From an uncultured Methanosarcinaceae archaeon (lineage in GTDB: Archaea > Halobacteriota > Methanosarcinia > Methanosarcinales > Methanosarcinaceae), in contig CAVRNH010000006.1 in assembly GCA_963722085.1 (NCBI GenBank), forward strand, positions 4,675-68,674: 64,000 nt of DNA, given 5' to 3'. Within the stretch, counting starts at the first letter, position 1; each line of letters starts with the position of its first letter. A program made the translations under genes and the position numbers. Positions 21,991 through 31,833 of the stretch are shown here, one piece after another. The notes beneath the pieces were generated by a model, which saw nothing but the letters and a program-made list of their open reading frames with translations, did not search any database and was not told where the DNA came from.

Positions 21991-22299
21991 TTAGCAAACT
22001 GAATCGTGCAAAGCAATTCCGGCATCTGTAAGGCGGTACATTCCGTCTTCGAATTTAAGAAGTCTCTCTTTGAGCAGGAAATCCATATTGAACTTAAAGA
22101 AAAAGTCATTTAATCCTGACTCTTCCCTCAATTGTTTTTCGTCCTTTCCAAAGACCCCAACTACCCTGAGAAGCTTTCTTCTTGCGGGATTTATAGAAAC
22201 CTTTTCCATCATTATATGTTCCATTTTGACAGCTTCGCCTTCAGTTGGTTCCCCTTTTTCTCCGAAGTAAGCATCAATTTCGTCAACATTCTCTTTCAT
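21991..22299 (-). CDS. Hypothetical winged-helix-like protein
   Basis: The pattern NPARRKLL ... GMYRLTDAG resembles a winged helix. A GGAG RBS is present. Confidence 0.7.
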   Translation of the reverse strand: MKENVDEIDAYFGEKGEPTEGEAVKMEHIMMEKVSINPARRKLLRVVGVFGKDEKQLREESGLNDFFFKFNMDFLLKERLLKFEDGMYRLTDAGIALHDSVC

Positions 22300-22457
22300 A
22301 TTAAAACTCCATTTCTCTTTTTGAAAATTGAAACCAGATATTTTTGAAAGTTCCGAAAAGATAAAATGTTATTATTATTCCTCTATGTAAAGTGCTGAGT
22401 TTTAATTCTTCATATATACTCAAACTTTACTCTTTCTTCAATAATATGACATTCACA

Positions 22458-23555
22458 TTACTTCCATTCATTTTTTCCACAAATTTTTATCCTTGGCATT
22501 TGCCCCTTTTCATCTTCATCATGCTTATGCTCATGTCCGTGCTCCAAAGATTCTTTCTCAAAAGTAGCTCCTGATTCCCTAAGTTGTCCTTCAAGAGTGC
22601 TCTCGACAACCTCTGAGAGTTTATTCTTAGAGACCTTCGTAATTGCAGAAAGCAGACGAAGTTCGGTTTTGTCGTTTTTCTTATTCTGATAAAGTTCTAC
22701 CTGCGGTGCTTCTTTAGAGCAGGTCACACTGCCCCTGACAGTAAACTCAGGAAGTTTCAGAGAAAGCTTGATATGCCCTACAAATGCAGGGTTGATTTCT
22801 CTAGCTCTGTCCCGAATTGTCTGAAGGCTCTCTTGTATAAGCTGCATGGCTTTTTCGGGATTAAAAGCTTGAAACGTGAGTGTATAGAGAATTGAGAAAG
22901 CAGAGACTTTAGAAAGCTCAACTGAGTTTTTCTTTTCTTCTAGAGGTCTTTTTAGCCCTGAAACGTCAAGATAAAAGAGCAGAGTTTCAAATTGCTCATC
23001 TCCGAGTTTTGCCGAGAATTTCAGGATCTCTGCTTCAGGGTTTATCTTGAGGAGCATTTTCTCGGTGGAAAGGACAATCTCTGCAGGCATTATGTCTATC
23101 TTATTTATGCAGATAATATCGGCTTCCTTGATCTGGGTTTCGATAAACCTCGGGATCTCTTTCACTTCGGTCCCAAAACGACCAGGATCCACGAGGGTTA
23201 CTACCGGAGCAAAGGAAAGTTCGGAAAGTCCCATTGTTTCTATCTCTTCCCTTATCTGCCCCGGAAAGGCTATCCCTGTCGGCTCAATAATAACAATGTC
23301 AGGCTTGAATTCCTCTTCGAGGGTCTGAAGGGTGTATTGCATGCTGATTCTGAGTGTACAGCAAATGCAACCACTGGTAAGTTCCTTAGTTACAAAGTCG
23401 GGATTTGTCAGTATATCCCCATCAAGTCCTATCTCTCCAATTTCGTTTACAATAATTACAACCCTTTTTCCTTCATCCCTAAGTTGCCTGCTAATTTTTA
23501 GTACGGTAGTAGTTTTCCCGCTTCCGAGAAAACCCCCTATGATCATAATTTTCAT
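22458..23555 (-). CDS. CobW/COG0523-type G3E GTPase metallochaperone
   Basis: Motifs GGFLGSGKTT, NEIGE, GCICC, EPTG and NKID, plus a His-rich tail. Confidence 0.9.
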   Translation of the reverse strand: MKIMIIGGFLGSGKTTTVLKISRQLRDEGKRVVIIVNEIGEIGLDGDILTNPDFVTKELTSGCICCTLRISMQYTLQTLEEEFKPDIVIIEPTGIAFPGQIREEIETMGLSELSFAPVVTLVDPGRFGTEVKEIPRFIETQIKEADIICINKIDIMPAEIVLSTEKMLLKINPEAEILKFSAKLGDEQFETLLFYLDVSGLKRPLEEKKNSVELSKVSAFSILYTLTFQAFNPEKAMQLIQESLQTIRDRAREINPAFVGHIKLSLKLPEFTVRGSVTCSKEAPQVELYQNKKNDKTELRLLSAITKVSKNKLSEVVESTLEGQLRESGATFEKESLEHGHEHKHDEDEKGQMPRIKICGKNEWK

Positions 23556-23652
23556 ATTCTCTTCCTGTTTTTAAAAAACTTTTTAGACGGTCTGATCAAT
23601 ATTATTCGTTTACTAATATATTAAAATTGGCAGTCCCAGTCGAATTCCGCCG

Positions 23653-23813
23653 GTCGAGTTGCGTCTCGACTATACGCTGTCCGTTTCGCTCGTTTCACTC
23701 TGTCGAGTTGCGTCTCGACTATGCGCCGTCCGTTTCGCTTGTTTCACTCTGTCGAGTTGCGTCTCGACTATGCGCCGTCCGTTTCGCTTGTTTCACTCGC
23801 TCAAACGGACTAA
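23653..23813. repeat. Three-copy 49-bp tandem palindromic repeat within a larger MITE-like element
   Basis: Units start at 23653, 23702 and 23751. Each contains the hairpin GTCGAG-TTGCGT-CTCGAC. An inverted dispersed copy lies at 34621-34684. Confidence 0.88.
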
Positions 23814-23984
23814 TTTTTTATGAAGATTTTTAGAATTATTTTTAGATAAAAGTTTAAAGACATCAACCATAAATTAGTTGAATTTCGGAGACGGCAAATA
23901 GAATATTTTCTATAGTAAATGAGATTTGCCTGAAAAAAATCAATCAAAAAGAGAGCTAAGTAGTATTTTGATGTTGTGAAAAAT

Positions 23985-24170
23985 GGGCTCGCGTTCTCAT
24001 CTTAAACCTGGAAGTTCCGAACGGCATTAAGATATTTGTCTGGGAAGAAATACTGAGGTACCGGACTTGCGGACTGGGAACTTTTGTTGGGCTCAATTCC
24101 CTATTTCCGCTTGTCCCTTTCTTTGGAGTAGATGTTTACTAGTGGGGTGTTGAATAGATGAGAACGCAAT
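23985..24170 (-). ncRNA. Candidate ~180-nt structured small RNA
   Basis: A perfect 12-bp terminal helix GCGTTCTCATCT (23991-24002) / AGATGAGAACGC (24156-24167). A minus-strand TTATATAT box sits about 25 nt upstream and a T-run follows the 3' end. There is no ORF and GC is above the flanks. Confidence 0.5.
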
Positions 24171-24357
24171 TAATACAATACAGTCAAAATATATAATATT
24201 TTTAGCAACTAATATTATTTTGTTTATTTAGTGTTATGATATCAGTAGAACATTATCAATTTTTCAGATATTATATTATCTCTATAACCTGCGGAATTGA
24301 AATACTGATTTCTACCTTTTATTTATTAACCTGAGCAATTTAATTTACCTTATAGCA

Positions 24358-25077
24358 TTACAGAGTTTTTTCAATCTTGCCATCTTTCATGCTGACTTCG
24401 GAGATCTTTTTTCCGGAAATGTCATAGGCAGTCCAGATGTAAGTTTTTCCATCCTGGGACCAGATATATTCTAATTTGGAAATCTTTTCATCTTTATTAT
24501 TTGTCTCATAAACGGCTTTACACATGGGTATTCCGTCAACTGTTTCGAGCCCTGTAATTTTCATTGTAACTTCTTCATTTGTCTCAGGGTTTACTGTTGT
24601 CCACGATGAGCCAACAGGGCACCAGCTATCACTGCCGGTAGATTCAATAACCGCGTTAGTTCCTTCCTCTGAATTCCCGGTCGATTCAATTCCCTCGTTC
24701 GTTTCTCCTCCTGAGTTTCCGGTCGATTCAACTGTTTTGCTCATTTCTCCTACTGAGCCTCCGGTCGATTCAACTATTTTGCTCGTTTCTCCTACCGAGC
24801 CTCCAGTTGATTCAACATACAAGGCATTTCCTTTCCCGGAATCATTAGAAAGATTTTTTTCGCTTTCTACAACTTTATTTATAGAGATATTTTCTTCAGT
24901 ATTCTCTACACCTGGAGTGATATTTCCTTTACTACTTTCAATCACATCTTTAGTGACGTTTTCTTTGCTTTCTTCGCTGCAGCCAGACGAAACTGCAAAG
25001 ATAGCGCAGGAAAGTACTATGAGTAGTATGAACCATTTTTTCAGCAAAGTTCTTACACCCTCCTTGATTAATCTCAA
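24358..25077 (-). CDS. Putative lipoprotein with 13-aa tandem repeats
   Basis: Signal peptide ending VSSGC. Repeats of (V/I)ESTG(G/N)S with a 39-bp period. The likely start is the TTG after GGAGGG. Confidence 0.72.
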   Translation of the reverse strand: MRLIKEGVRTLLKKWFILLIVLSCAIFAVSSGCSEESKENVTKDVIESSKGNITPGVENTEENISINKVVESEKNLSNDSGKGNALYVESTGGSVGETSKIVESTGGSVGEMSKTVESTGNSGGETNEGIESTGNSEEGTNAVIESTGSDSWCPVGSSWTTVNPETNEEVTMKITGLETVDGIPMCKAVYETNNKDEKISKLEYIWSQDGKTYIWTAYDISGKKISEVSMKDGKIEKTL

Positions 25078-25314
25078 GGCTGGATTGTCTTTTATTTATT
25101 TATATATGCTGATTTTAGTTCTCAAGAGACCGTAAGCTTTTTTTCAAGGTACAAATGTCAAATTTATGATAAATTTATGACTAAAGAGATATTGTTTTTG
25201 TTTCAAATCTGGAAGCCGACAATTCAAATTATATCAACAGAATAATTTATATACTTCACAGCAAAGATCATGAAAAAGGCCAAAACTGCGGAAAAACAAT
25301 AACTTGAGAGATAC

Positions 25315-26313
25315 TTGATGGAAAATAAGCCAATTACGCCGGAATTAAAAGCATTCCTTATTTCGATAGGTTCGGTTTCCATAGATTCTGCCCTTATCCC
25401 ACAGGCTCGAGGCTCCACAGCAGGGCCTGGCGCAGGTACAGGTTCCGTTTTCTTCAGGTCAGGAGAAAAGAGGGTGAGACTTAGCGTAAATAAAGACTCT
25501 CCTCTTTCCATACTAAGAGTAGAAGAAGGTGGAATTGTTGCGCTCTTCTATGAGGGAAAAGAGATTATTAGGGGAAAACTTGAGCCTGCTCCTGCCCATT
25601 GCCCTGACCAGGCATTCATAACTCTATGTGAAAGATGTGTATTTGACTGCAAATATTGTCCTGTACCTAAGTTACAGGGGCACGTTAAGAATGAGGAAGA
25701 GGTTCTTAGCATAGTAGAGGAGGTTTTAAAAACAGGAAATCTAAAAGCTATATCCCTTACCTCAGGAGTTGAAGTTTCAGTGGAAGGCGAAGTAGAACGT
25801 GTTCTCAAGTTGCTTCCTGCTCTTAGAAAATACAATGTTCCTATTGGAGTTTCGGTGTATCCGACAGAAGGCTGTTCCAGGAAATTCTATGAATCCGGCG
25901 TTTCAGAAGTCAAATACAATGTTGAGACTATGGACAGTGCGATATTCAAAAAGGTTTGCGACGACCTTTCCCTTGAGTATATCCTGGACAGACTCAAAGA
26001 AGCTGTGGGCATTTTTGGAAAAAACCGTGTCTTCAGTAACTTTATAATCGGGCTTGGAGAAAGTGACTCTTCTGTCATCGAGGGAATCGAGACCCTTGCA
26101 AAGATGGGAGTAATTCCTATATTGCGGCCGGTAAACCCTCACCCTCTCAGGATTGGAGACTGTTTTACCGAACGTCCCTCCCCTGAGCGACTTTTAAGGC
26201 TTGCAAAAGTTGAAGCTGAAATTCTCAAGAAATATGGGCTTAATCCGGGACTTGCAATGACGATGTGTCTTAAATGTACAGGATGTGACCTTGTTCCTTT
26301 TGTTGACATTTAA
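25315..26313 (+). CDS. Radical SAM protein (biotin-synthase-related, archaeal)
   Basis: CVFDCKYC cluster motif, YNVET, IIGLGE and a C-terminal CLKCTGC. Confidence 0.85.
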   Translation: MMENKPITPELKAFLISIGSVSIDSALIPQARGSTAGPGAGTGSVFFRSGEKRVRLSVNKDSPLSILRVEEGGIVALFYEGKEIIRGKLEPAPAHCPDQAFITLCERCVFDCKYCPVPKLQGHVKNEEEVLSIVEEVLKTGNLKAISLTSGVEVSVEGEVERVLKLLPALRKYNVPIGVSVYPTEGCSRKFYESGVSEVKYNVETMDSAIFKKVCDDLSLEYILDRLKEAVGIFGKNRVFSNFIIGLGESDSSVIEGIETLAKMGVIPILRPVNPHPLRIGDCFTERPSPERLLRLAKVEAEILKKYGLNPGLAMTMCLKCTGCDLVPFVDI

Positions 26314-26517
26314 CCTAAATTTAAATTATTTTTTTCTAAATTCTTTTCTCGTAAAATATAATTCCGTTTAAGATTTATTCCTTTTAATTTAATTATTAAT
26401 TTGTCAGTGCAATTTGCTCATTTAGAATTCAAATTCTAGGATTTAGCTGGTAAGAATTCCTACATCTATAGATTTCCCTCACTATCCATAGATATTTCTC
26501 AGAATTCTTTGATATTC

Positions 26518-27857
26518 TTCCAGCTTCCTGAAGGGGGACCCCTAGATTTCCACTGGAGAATTCTACACGTTAATTTTTTTTACTATTATTATTTCTTTAA
26601 TTTTCTTCTTTTTTGTTTATTTTCTATATATATTTCAATTCAAGCCTTAAATATTCTATTTTTATAGAAAGATGTTTCTCTTATCATTTTTACTATAATT
26701 GCTTAAGATTTTTAAAATTCTAGTTTGCAGCTTTTCTTTGTTAGGAAGAAGGTTATTAAATACTCTTCACTCAGATAAAAGAATTCACTCCCATATTTTT
26801 ATCCATGTCCTTGAGAACCCCAATACCCCTTTATTTCCACTGGAATCTATGAATTAACAACTTATAGCTTATGGAAATATATGTTAATACAAAATAGTTT
26901 CAAAGGAATTTAATTAAGTTCAGAAAAAATTTAGGGAAAAAGTTTTACTGTTAAAGGCAAATTTTTTATTGCTATAGTCACCATTTTAAATAATGCGACA
27001 TTTTGTGTGTGAATGTATGTTTCCCCCAAAACTCATCCAGTTCTTCCTTCAATACTTTAACATTCTTGAATGATTTTATTGACGTTAAATCTTCTCTTGT
27101 CGTTTTCCAACAATATTCTGTTGGGTTCCGATCTGGAGTAGCTGGAGGGAAAAGCAATATTTGCAACCAATATTTGTTCTTTTGAAAGAATTCCCTTGCC
27201 TTTTTTGATTTATGCCACGGCGCTCTGTCCATTATAAGAAATATCTTTCTTCCTATGTCTTTTTTAAACTTGATTAATGATTTCAAGAAAGAGTCTGTAT
27301 TCTTTTTAATTCCTAAATCATACCAATAAAATTCTCCGTTTTCAGTGTAGAATCCCCCAATGTTGATTTTGGCTTTTGAACCACTAATAAATTTAATAGG
27401 TTTAGAGCCTTTTATTGCCCAACATTTTGATCTGTTTGAATCTACATAAAAACTACCCTCATCCTGGGTGACGAATAAATGGTTAGGATTTAGGAGTCTT
27501 TTTTTTTAATTTCAGCAATAAATTCGTTTGTTAATGCCTGATTTCGCCTTTTTGATTGAGGTCTTATGTATATGATCCAAAACAAAACTACTGATAGCTA
27601 TTATTAAAATTAAAGTTTTTACACAAATAACATTAAAAAAGAATGTAACATTTAGAGAAAGGAACAAAATGTTGAAAAATATCAGTTAGATGTGAGAACT
27701 CAAGTGAACCCAGGACCTCAAATGTACAATTCTTGATTCAGTATTGTTTATTTTTCCTGAAACTTAACTGAAGTTATAAGTTAGATTCCTCACTTTTATT
27801 CTTTACCTTTAAGATGGAATTGTTCTTCTAAAAAGTTACACCCCTTTATTTCCACTG
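26518..27857. other. Candidate replication origin: ORB-like boxes with AT-rich tracts
   Basis: Minus-strand TTCCAGTGGAAATAAAGGGGT (26825-26845), CAGTGGAAATAAAGGGGT (27840-27857) and TCCAGTGGAAATCTAGGGGT (26538-26557). Plus-strand TTCCAG...GAAGGGGG (26518-26537). Very AT-rich DNA at 26570-26720, all between convergent genes. Confidence 0.6.
26975..27580 (-). mobile_element. Truncated IS630-family element (DDE half only)
   Basis: Motifs QDEG, MDRAPWH and PDRNPTE form the DDE domain. An A9G slippery site lies at about 27498-27507 and the end abuts TA. The N-terminal HTH ORF is missing. Confidence 0.8.
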
Positions 27858-27951
27858 CAACATTCATACTGAACTTTTTTCTATCTGACTTTTATTTCTT
27901 CCCGTTTTGGGCTATGTTTTTAATTCCAGATAAGGTTTTTAACTCTGAGGT

Positions 27952-28749
27952 TTACTTGCCCATTTTCATTAATTCTTCTGCGCTAACGCCCTCATGCACT
28001 ACTTTTGCAATTCTCCTGACAAGGCCTGTGGGGTCTTCTGCCTGAAAGACGTTTCTTCCTATGGCAACACCTCGTCCACCGGATTTGATAGAAAATTCGA
28101 TCATTTCCAGAAGCTCATGTTCGGATTCTACCTTCGGGCCGCCTGCAATGATTACAGGTACAGGACATCCGTCAACAACTTCTTTAAAAGTTTCCGGGCT
28201 TCCGGTGTAATTTGTTTTAATCATGTCCGCCCCAAGTTCAGCGCCGATTCTTGCTGCATGTTTTACAACATCTACGTCATATTCAGAGCGAACTTTCTTG
28301 CCGCGGGGGTACATCATCGCAAGGAGAGGCATTCCCCATTCATCACACTTTTTTGCAACATAGCCGAGTCCCTGAAGCATTTCGTATTCGTCTTCAGCCC
28401 CTATGTTAATATGGACAGATACTGCGTCAGCCCCGACTTTTATAGCTTCTTCTACAGTTGTTACCAGAACCTTATGGTTCGGGTCAGGAGCAAGAGAAGT
28501 TGAACCCGATAAGTGAATTATCAGACCGACATCATGTCCATATCCTCTGTGCCCATGTTTGGCAAGCCCCATATGGCCAAGCACGCCATTTGCTCCTCCT
28601 TCGGCAACCAGATTAACAGTGCGCTGAAGGTTTTTAAGCCCTGGTATTGGACCTGCACCTACTCCATGGTCCATAGGAATAATAATCGTCCTACCGGTAT
28701 CTCTATTGAAAATACGTTCCATCCTTATGGATTTACCTATAGTGCTCAT
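27952..28749 (-). CDS. aroA': 2-amino-3,7-dideoxy-D-threo-hept-6-ulosonate synthase (DhnA-type class I aldolase)
   Basis: Motifs [41 protein letters not shown] and AIGRNVFQ. A paralogous FBP aldolase cannot be excluded. Confidence 0.75.
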   Translation of the reverse strand: MSTIGKSIRMERIFNRDTGRTIIIPMDHGVGAGPIPGLKNLQRTVNLVAEGGANGVLGHMGLAKHGHRGYGHDVGLIIHLSGSTSLAPDPNHKVLVTTVEEAIKVGADAVSVHINIGAEDEYEMLQGLGYVAKKCDEWGMPLLAMMYPRGKKVRSEYDVDVVKHAARIGAELGADMIKTNYTGSPETFKEVVDGCPVPVIIAGGPKVESEHELLEMIEFSIKSGGRGVAIGRNVFQAEDPTGLVRRIAKVVHEGVSAEELMKMGK

Positions 28750-28945
28750 GGGCTGTGATATACAGAATGGATAATATATACTTTGTCTATATGTTATCCA
28801 GAAGACTGGATTTACTGACATCGGATCTTGCTTTTCTTTTGAGAGTTGCTCTCCCTGTTAAATCTGTTTAAGCCTTTGTTGCCTTTGTTTAATTTGTGTA
28901 GCCTTTATCTCATAGAATAGGACTAAGAAGCTTTCCACCCAGGGA

Positions 28946-29461
28946 TCAATGTGTATTTTCGTTCTGGTATACACCTGAATATCCTTTTTTTACTTCCGCA
29001 TCCAGAGTATAGAATAATAACTGCAAAATTCGGGCATTTTTCTTCAGCCTGAAGCCTGCAGCGTTATAAACTACAAGCATTGACTCACTGCGTCCCCTAT
29101 AACCCGCATCCCACACTGCAGTCTCGAGGGTAGCGCCGCAGCGAATAAGTGTTGATCGAGGCTTTGCGATAGCAGCTAAATTCATGGGAATATTTACGAT
29201 CTCATTGAAGAGTACCTTATAAATTCCCTGTGGCAGGTGAATCCAGTCATCGCTCCCGAATTCAAGAGTCTTTGCTTCCGGAAGGATTCTCTCGGAGTTA
29301 TCAAAGTCTACAGCCCCAGAACCCTCAATTGTTTTTACTTCTTTGAGGGTGAGTTCAAGCCCATTAGGCTGGACCTGAGTTTCTATATCAATTGCATTTT
29401 CAAGCAAAGCAGGCTTTGCCTGTATAAGTTTTCTCAATTCAGTACTGGATAAAAGCGTCAT
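28946..29461 (-). CDS. dut: dUTP diphosphatase (archaeal, dCTP deaminase fold)
   Basis: Motifs QPNGLEL, PRSTLIR, VWDAGYRG and YSGVYQ. Confidence 0.85.
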   Translation of the reverse strand: MTLLSSTELRKLIQAKPALLENAIDIETQVQPNGLELTLKEVKTIEGSGAVDFDNSERILPEAKTLEFGSDDWIHLPQGIYKVLFNEIVNIPMNLAAIAKPRSTLIRCGATLETAVWDAGYRGRSESMLVVYNAAGFRLKKNARILQLLFYTLDAEVKKGYSGVYQNENTH

Positions 29462-29637
29462 TGGATCTGTAATTACAAAGATTATTTATTATCATTTCGG
29501 ATTTATCTTGATTCCTACTTTATTAGTTTCCAATTTCCCCTTTATCACAAGTAATATTACTGTCATTTGTATTTTTTAGATATGTATTTATGAAAAGGTT
29601 TATTCTTTTTGGACAAATAACTAGTACTGATTAAGAT

Positions 29638-29680
29638 TTTACTACTAATATTTACTACTAATATTTACTGCTAATATTTA
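29638..29680 (+). repeat. Three-copy 13-bp tandem repeat (TTTACTACTAATA)
   Basis: Directly visible. Confidence 0.7.
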
Positions 29681-29718
29681 ATAGGGTTTAATAAAGGGCT
29701 TACGAGAGGCTGCTAAAA

Positions 29719-31833
29719 ATGAAAAAAATATATATATTATGCGGAATTGTTTCTTTGTTCCTGATATTTTTCTCCACAGATTGTGCCCTGGCTGCAACTG
29801 ATAGCTCGCAGGCTCAGTCAACAAGATATAACCAGTGGAATTACTCCCAGGGAATTACCATTACAGAGAACGCAGATAAAACTCTGACAGACTACCCTGT
29901 CTCTATTTATTTAAATTCCTCAAATTTTAATTTTTCAAAGGCAAAAAGTGATGGTTCAGATATTCGCTTCTTTTCCGAAAATAAATCTCTTAGTTACTGG
30001 ATTGAAAAATGGGACCTTGAAAATGAGGAAGCTGTTATCTGGGTAAAAATTCCTGACCTTCCTGCAAAGAAAGACAGTGGAATTCTTTTGAAATATGGGA
30101 ACTCCGGGGCTAAAGATACGAGCAATGGGAAAAAAACGTTTAATTTTTTCGATGATTTTGAAAGAAATACCCTCAGTGATCTTGATTGGAGTTCTAAAGG
30201 TACCGGAGGCGGCACCGTCGATGTTGAAGACGGGATCTGTAAAGTTTTAGCTCCAGCGGCTCACGCTTATGATTCCTCTACAGTTTACAGCAAGAAGACT
30301 TTTGGCATTAATTCTATGTTTGTAGTCCAGAGAAAGAAGGTTACTACAGGCACAGATAATAAGGGCCCTCAGCTGCGGCAGGGTTTCATAGACAGGATAG
30401 AAAACAGGAAAAGTGAGATTAAGCATGAGACAGAATTTGCCAACGAAAGCCGTGTTGGCTGGGAAACTCTTTACAAGAATCAAAGGTATAATGAGCATGA
30501 TCTTACCGACACCCTTATTCCTGAAGGGAATTGGTATGTCTCAGGAGTTGCCTGGTATAACGAAAACAATACTCGCAAAATAGCCTGGTTTAAAAACGGT
30601 GTTCGCGACTCTAAAATGGATTATGTCTCAAATGATGATATTACCAGTTCTCCAATGCATATTTATCTATACGCAGCTTCTAGTCCAGACTCTTCGAAGA
30701 ATACAGGCTATATGGCAGTTGATTACGTGCTGGTTCGAAAATTTGTCGGAATTGAACCCACAGTTAAAGTTGATCCTGTTTCGGTAGGGCCAAATGCTTC
30801 AATAGAAAATGTTTCTGCAAATACTTCTGCTGGTACTTCTGAGAATATTTCTGGATCTGCAGTAACTTCCGGACCCAACCTGAATAACGAAACCTCCACT
30901 CCCAAGCCAATTTCACAGGCACAGAAGGATCAGAGTGAAAACAGGACAGGTACTTCAGATACTGTATTTCCTGTGTATAATGTCAATACTTCCGGAATTA
31001 AGCTTTCTTCTCCAGACGGGTTAGATTCCGCTGTACTTACAAAGGAACTTAATTCTTCACGGGTGAACACTATTTTCCTGAACGTGGATAATGAAGATAT
31101 CTGGCAATATGAACGCTTTGTAAAAACAGCCCACGATAAAGGAATCACCGTACATGCCGTAATTCTGGAAAATCTCAATTGTTCAGAAAAAGGAGCTTTA
31201 AACACCTGCCAGGACTCTTTAAATGCTGTACTTGATTATAACGGAAAGTCTCTTGCACCCTTTGATGGAATCGATATTTACATTAAACCTTCTACTCAAG
31301 ATGACTCTGAAAATAGCTTCGTTGATTACAAGGTACTCTGTGAAACTGCACGTCAAAAAACAGGAGAAAACGTATCAATTTCGGTAAGTATTCCACCTCA
31401 TTACCCTGCGTCAGAGATTGATAAAATCGCTCCTTCAGTCGACTTCTTTATTGTCAGAGCTTACTGCGGGGATGTTGAAGGACTTAATTCCGTACCCGAT
31501 ATAGTTGACGCTATTGCTCCCCAGATGGGGGAAATCAGAGGCGTAGGTTCTAGAGGGCTGATAGAAGTTTCTGTGGATGAAGGTTTCGAAGATAAAATCA
31601 CAATTCAGAAACTTTTTGCAGATCTTATAAACTATTATTCAGATGATTCTGCTTTTCTGGGATTGTCAATTTCTAATTATGATACCTATACCTGCCTGCC
31701 TATAAAAGCAGACGCAGAAAAGAAAGAATCTCTAATCCCCAAATTAATGCCTAAAATACCCGGATTTCAGGCACTTTCAATATTAATCGCAGTTCTTGGA
31801 GCTATTGCCCTTTTAAAAGTAAAAAAAGAATGA
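29719..31833 (+). CDS. Surface protein: DUF2341 domain, GH-like TIM barrel and PGF-CTERM
   Basis: Signal peptide, DGSDIRF and YWIEKW...IWVKIP...YGN (DUF2341). The C-terminus IPGF is followed by a TM helix and KVKKE. Confidence 0.82.
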   Translation: MKKIYILCGIVSLFLIFFSTDCALAATDSSQAQSTRYNQWNYSQGITITENADKTLTDYPVSIYLNSSNFNFSKAKSDGSDIRFFSENKSLSYWIEKWDLENEEAVIWVKIPDLPAKKDSGILLKYGNSGAKDTSNGKKTFNFFDDFERNTLSDLDWSSKGTGGGTVDVEDGICKVLAPAAHAYDSSTVYSKKTFGINSMFVVQRKKVTTGTDNKGPQLRQGFIDRIENRKSEIKHETEFANESRVGWETLYKNQRYNEHDLTDTLIPEGNWYVSGVAWYNENNTRKIAWFKNGVRDSKMDYVSNDDITSSPMHIYLYAASSPDSSKNTGYMAVDYVLVRKFVGIEPTVKVDPVSVGPNASIENVSANTSAGTSENISGSAVTSGPNLNNETSTPKPISQAQKDQSENRTGTSDTVFPVYNVNTSGIKLSSPDGLDSAVLTKELNSSRVNTIFLNVDNEDIWQYERFVKTAHDKGITVHAVILENLNCSEKGALNTCQDSLNAVLDYNGKSLAPFDGIDIYIKPSTQDDSENSFVDYKVLCETARQKTGENVSISVSIPPHYPASEIDKIAPSVDFFIVRAYCGDVEGLNSVPDIVDAIAPQMGEIRGVGSRGLIEVSVDEGFEDKITIQKLFADLINYYSDDSAFLGLSISNYDTYTCLPIKADAEKKESLIPKLMPKIPGFQALSILIAVLGAIALLKVKKE

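Noticed and set aside
23653..23813. CRISPR array
   Set aside because: The units are contiguous and near-identical, with no unique spacers and no cas genes in the window.
23627..23833. 68-aa ORF, and likewise 34423-34617 and 62693-62881
   Set aside because: These are translations of repeat or MITE sequence.
24524..25135. 203-aa plus-strand ORF and the other antisense ORFs in the track
   Set aside because: They are shadows of well-supported genes on the opposite strand and have no motifs of their own.
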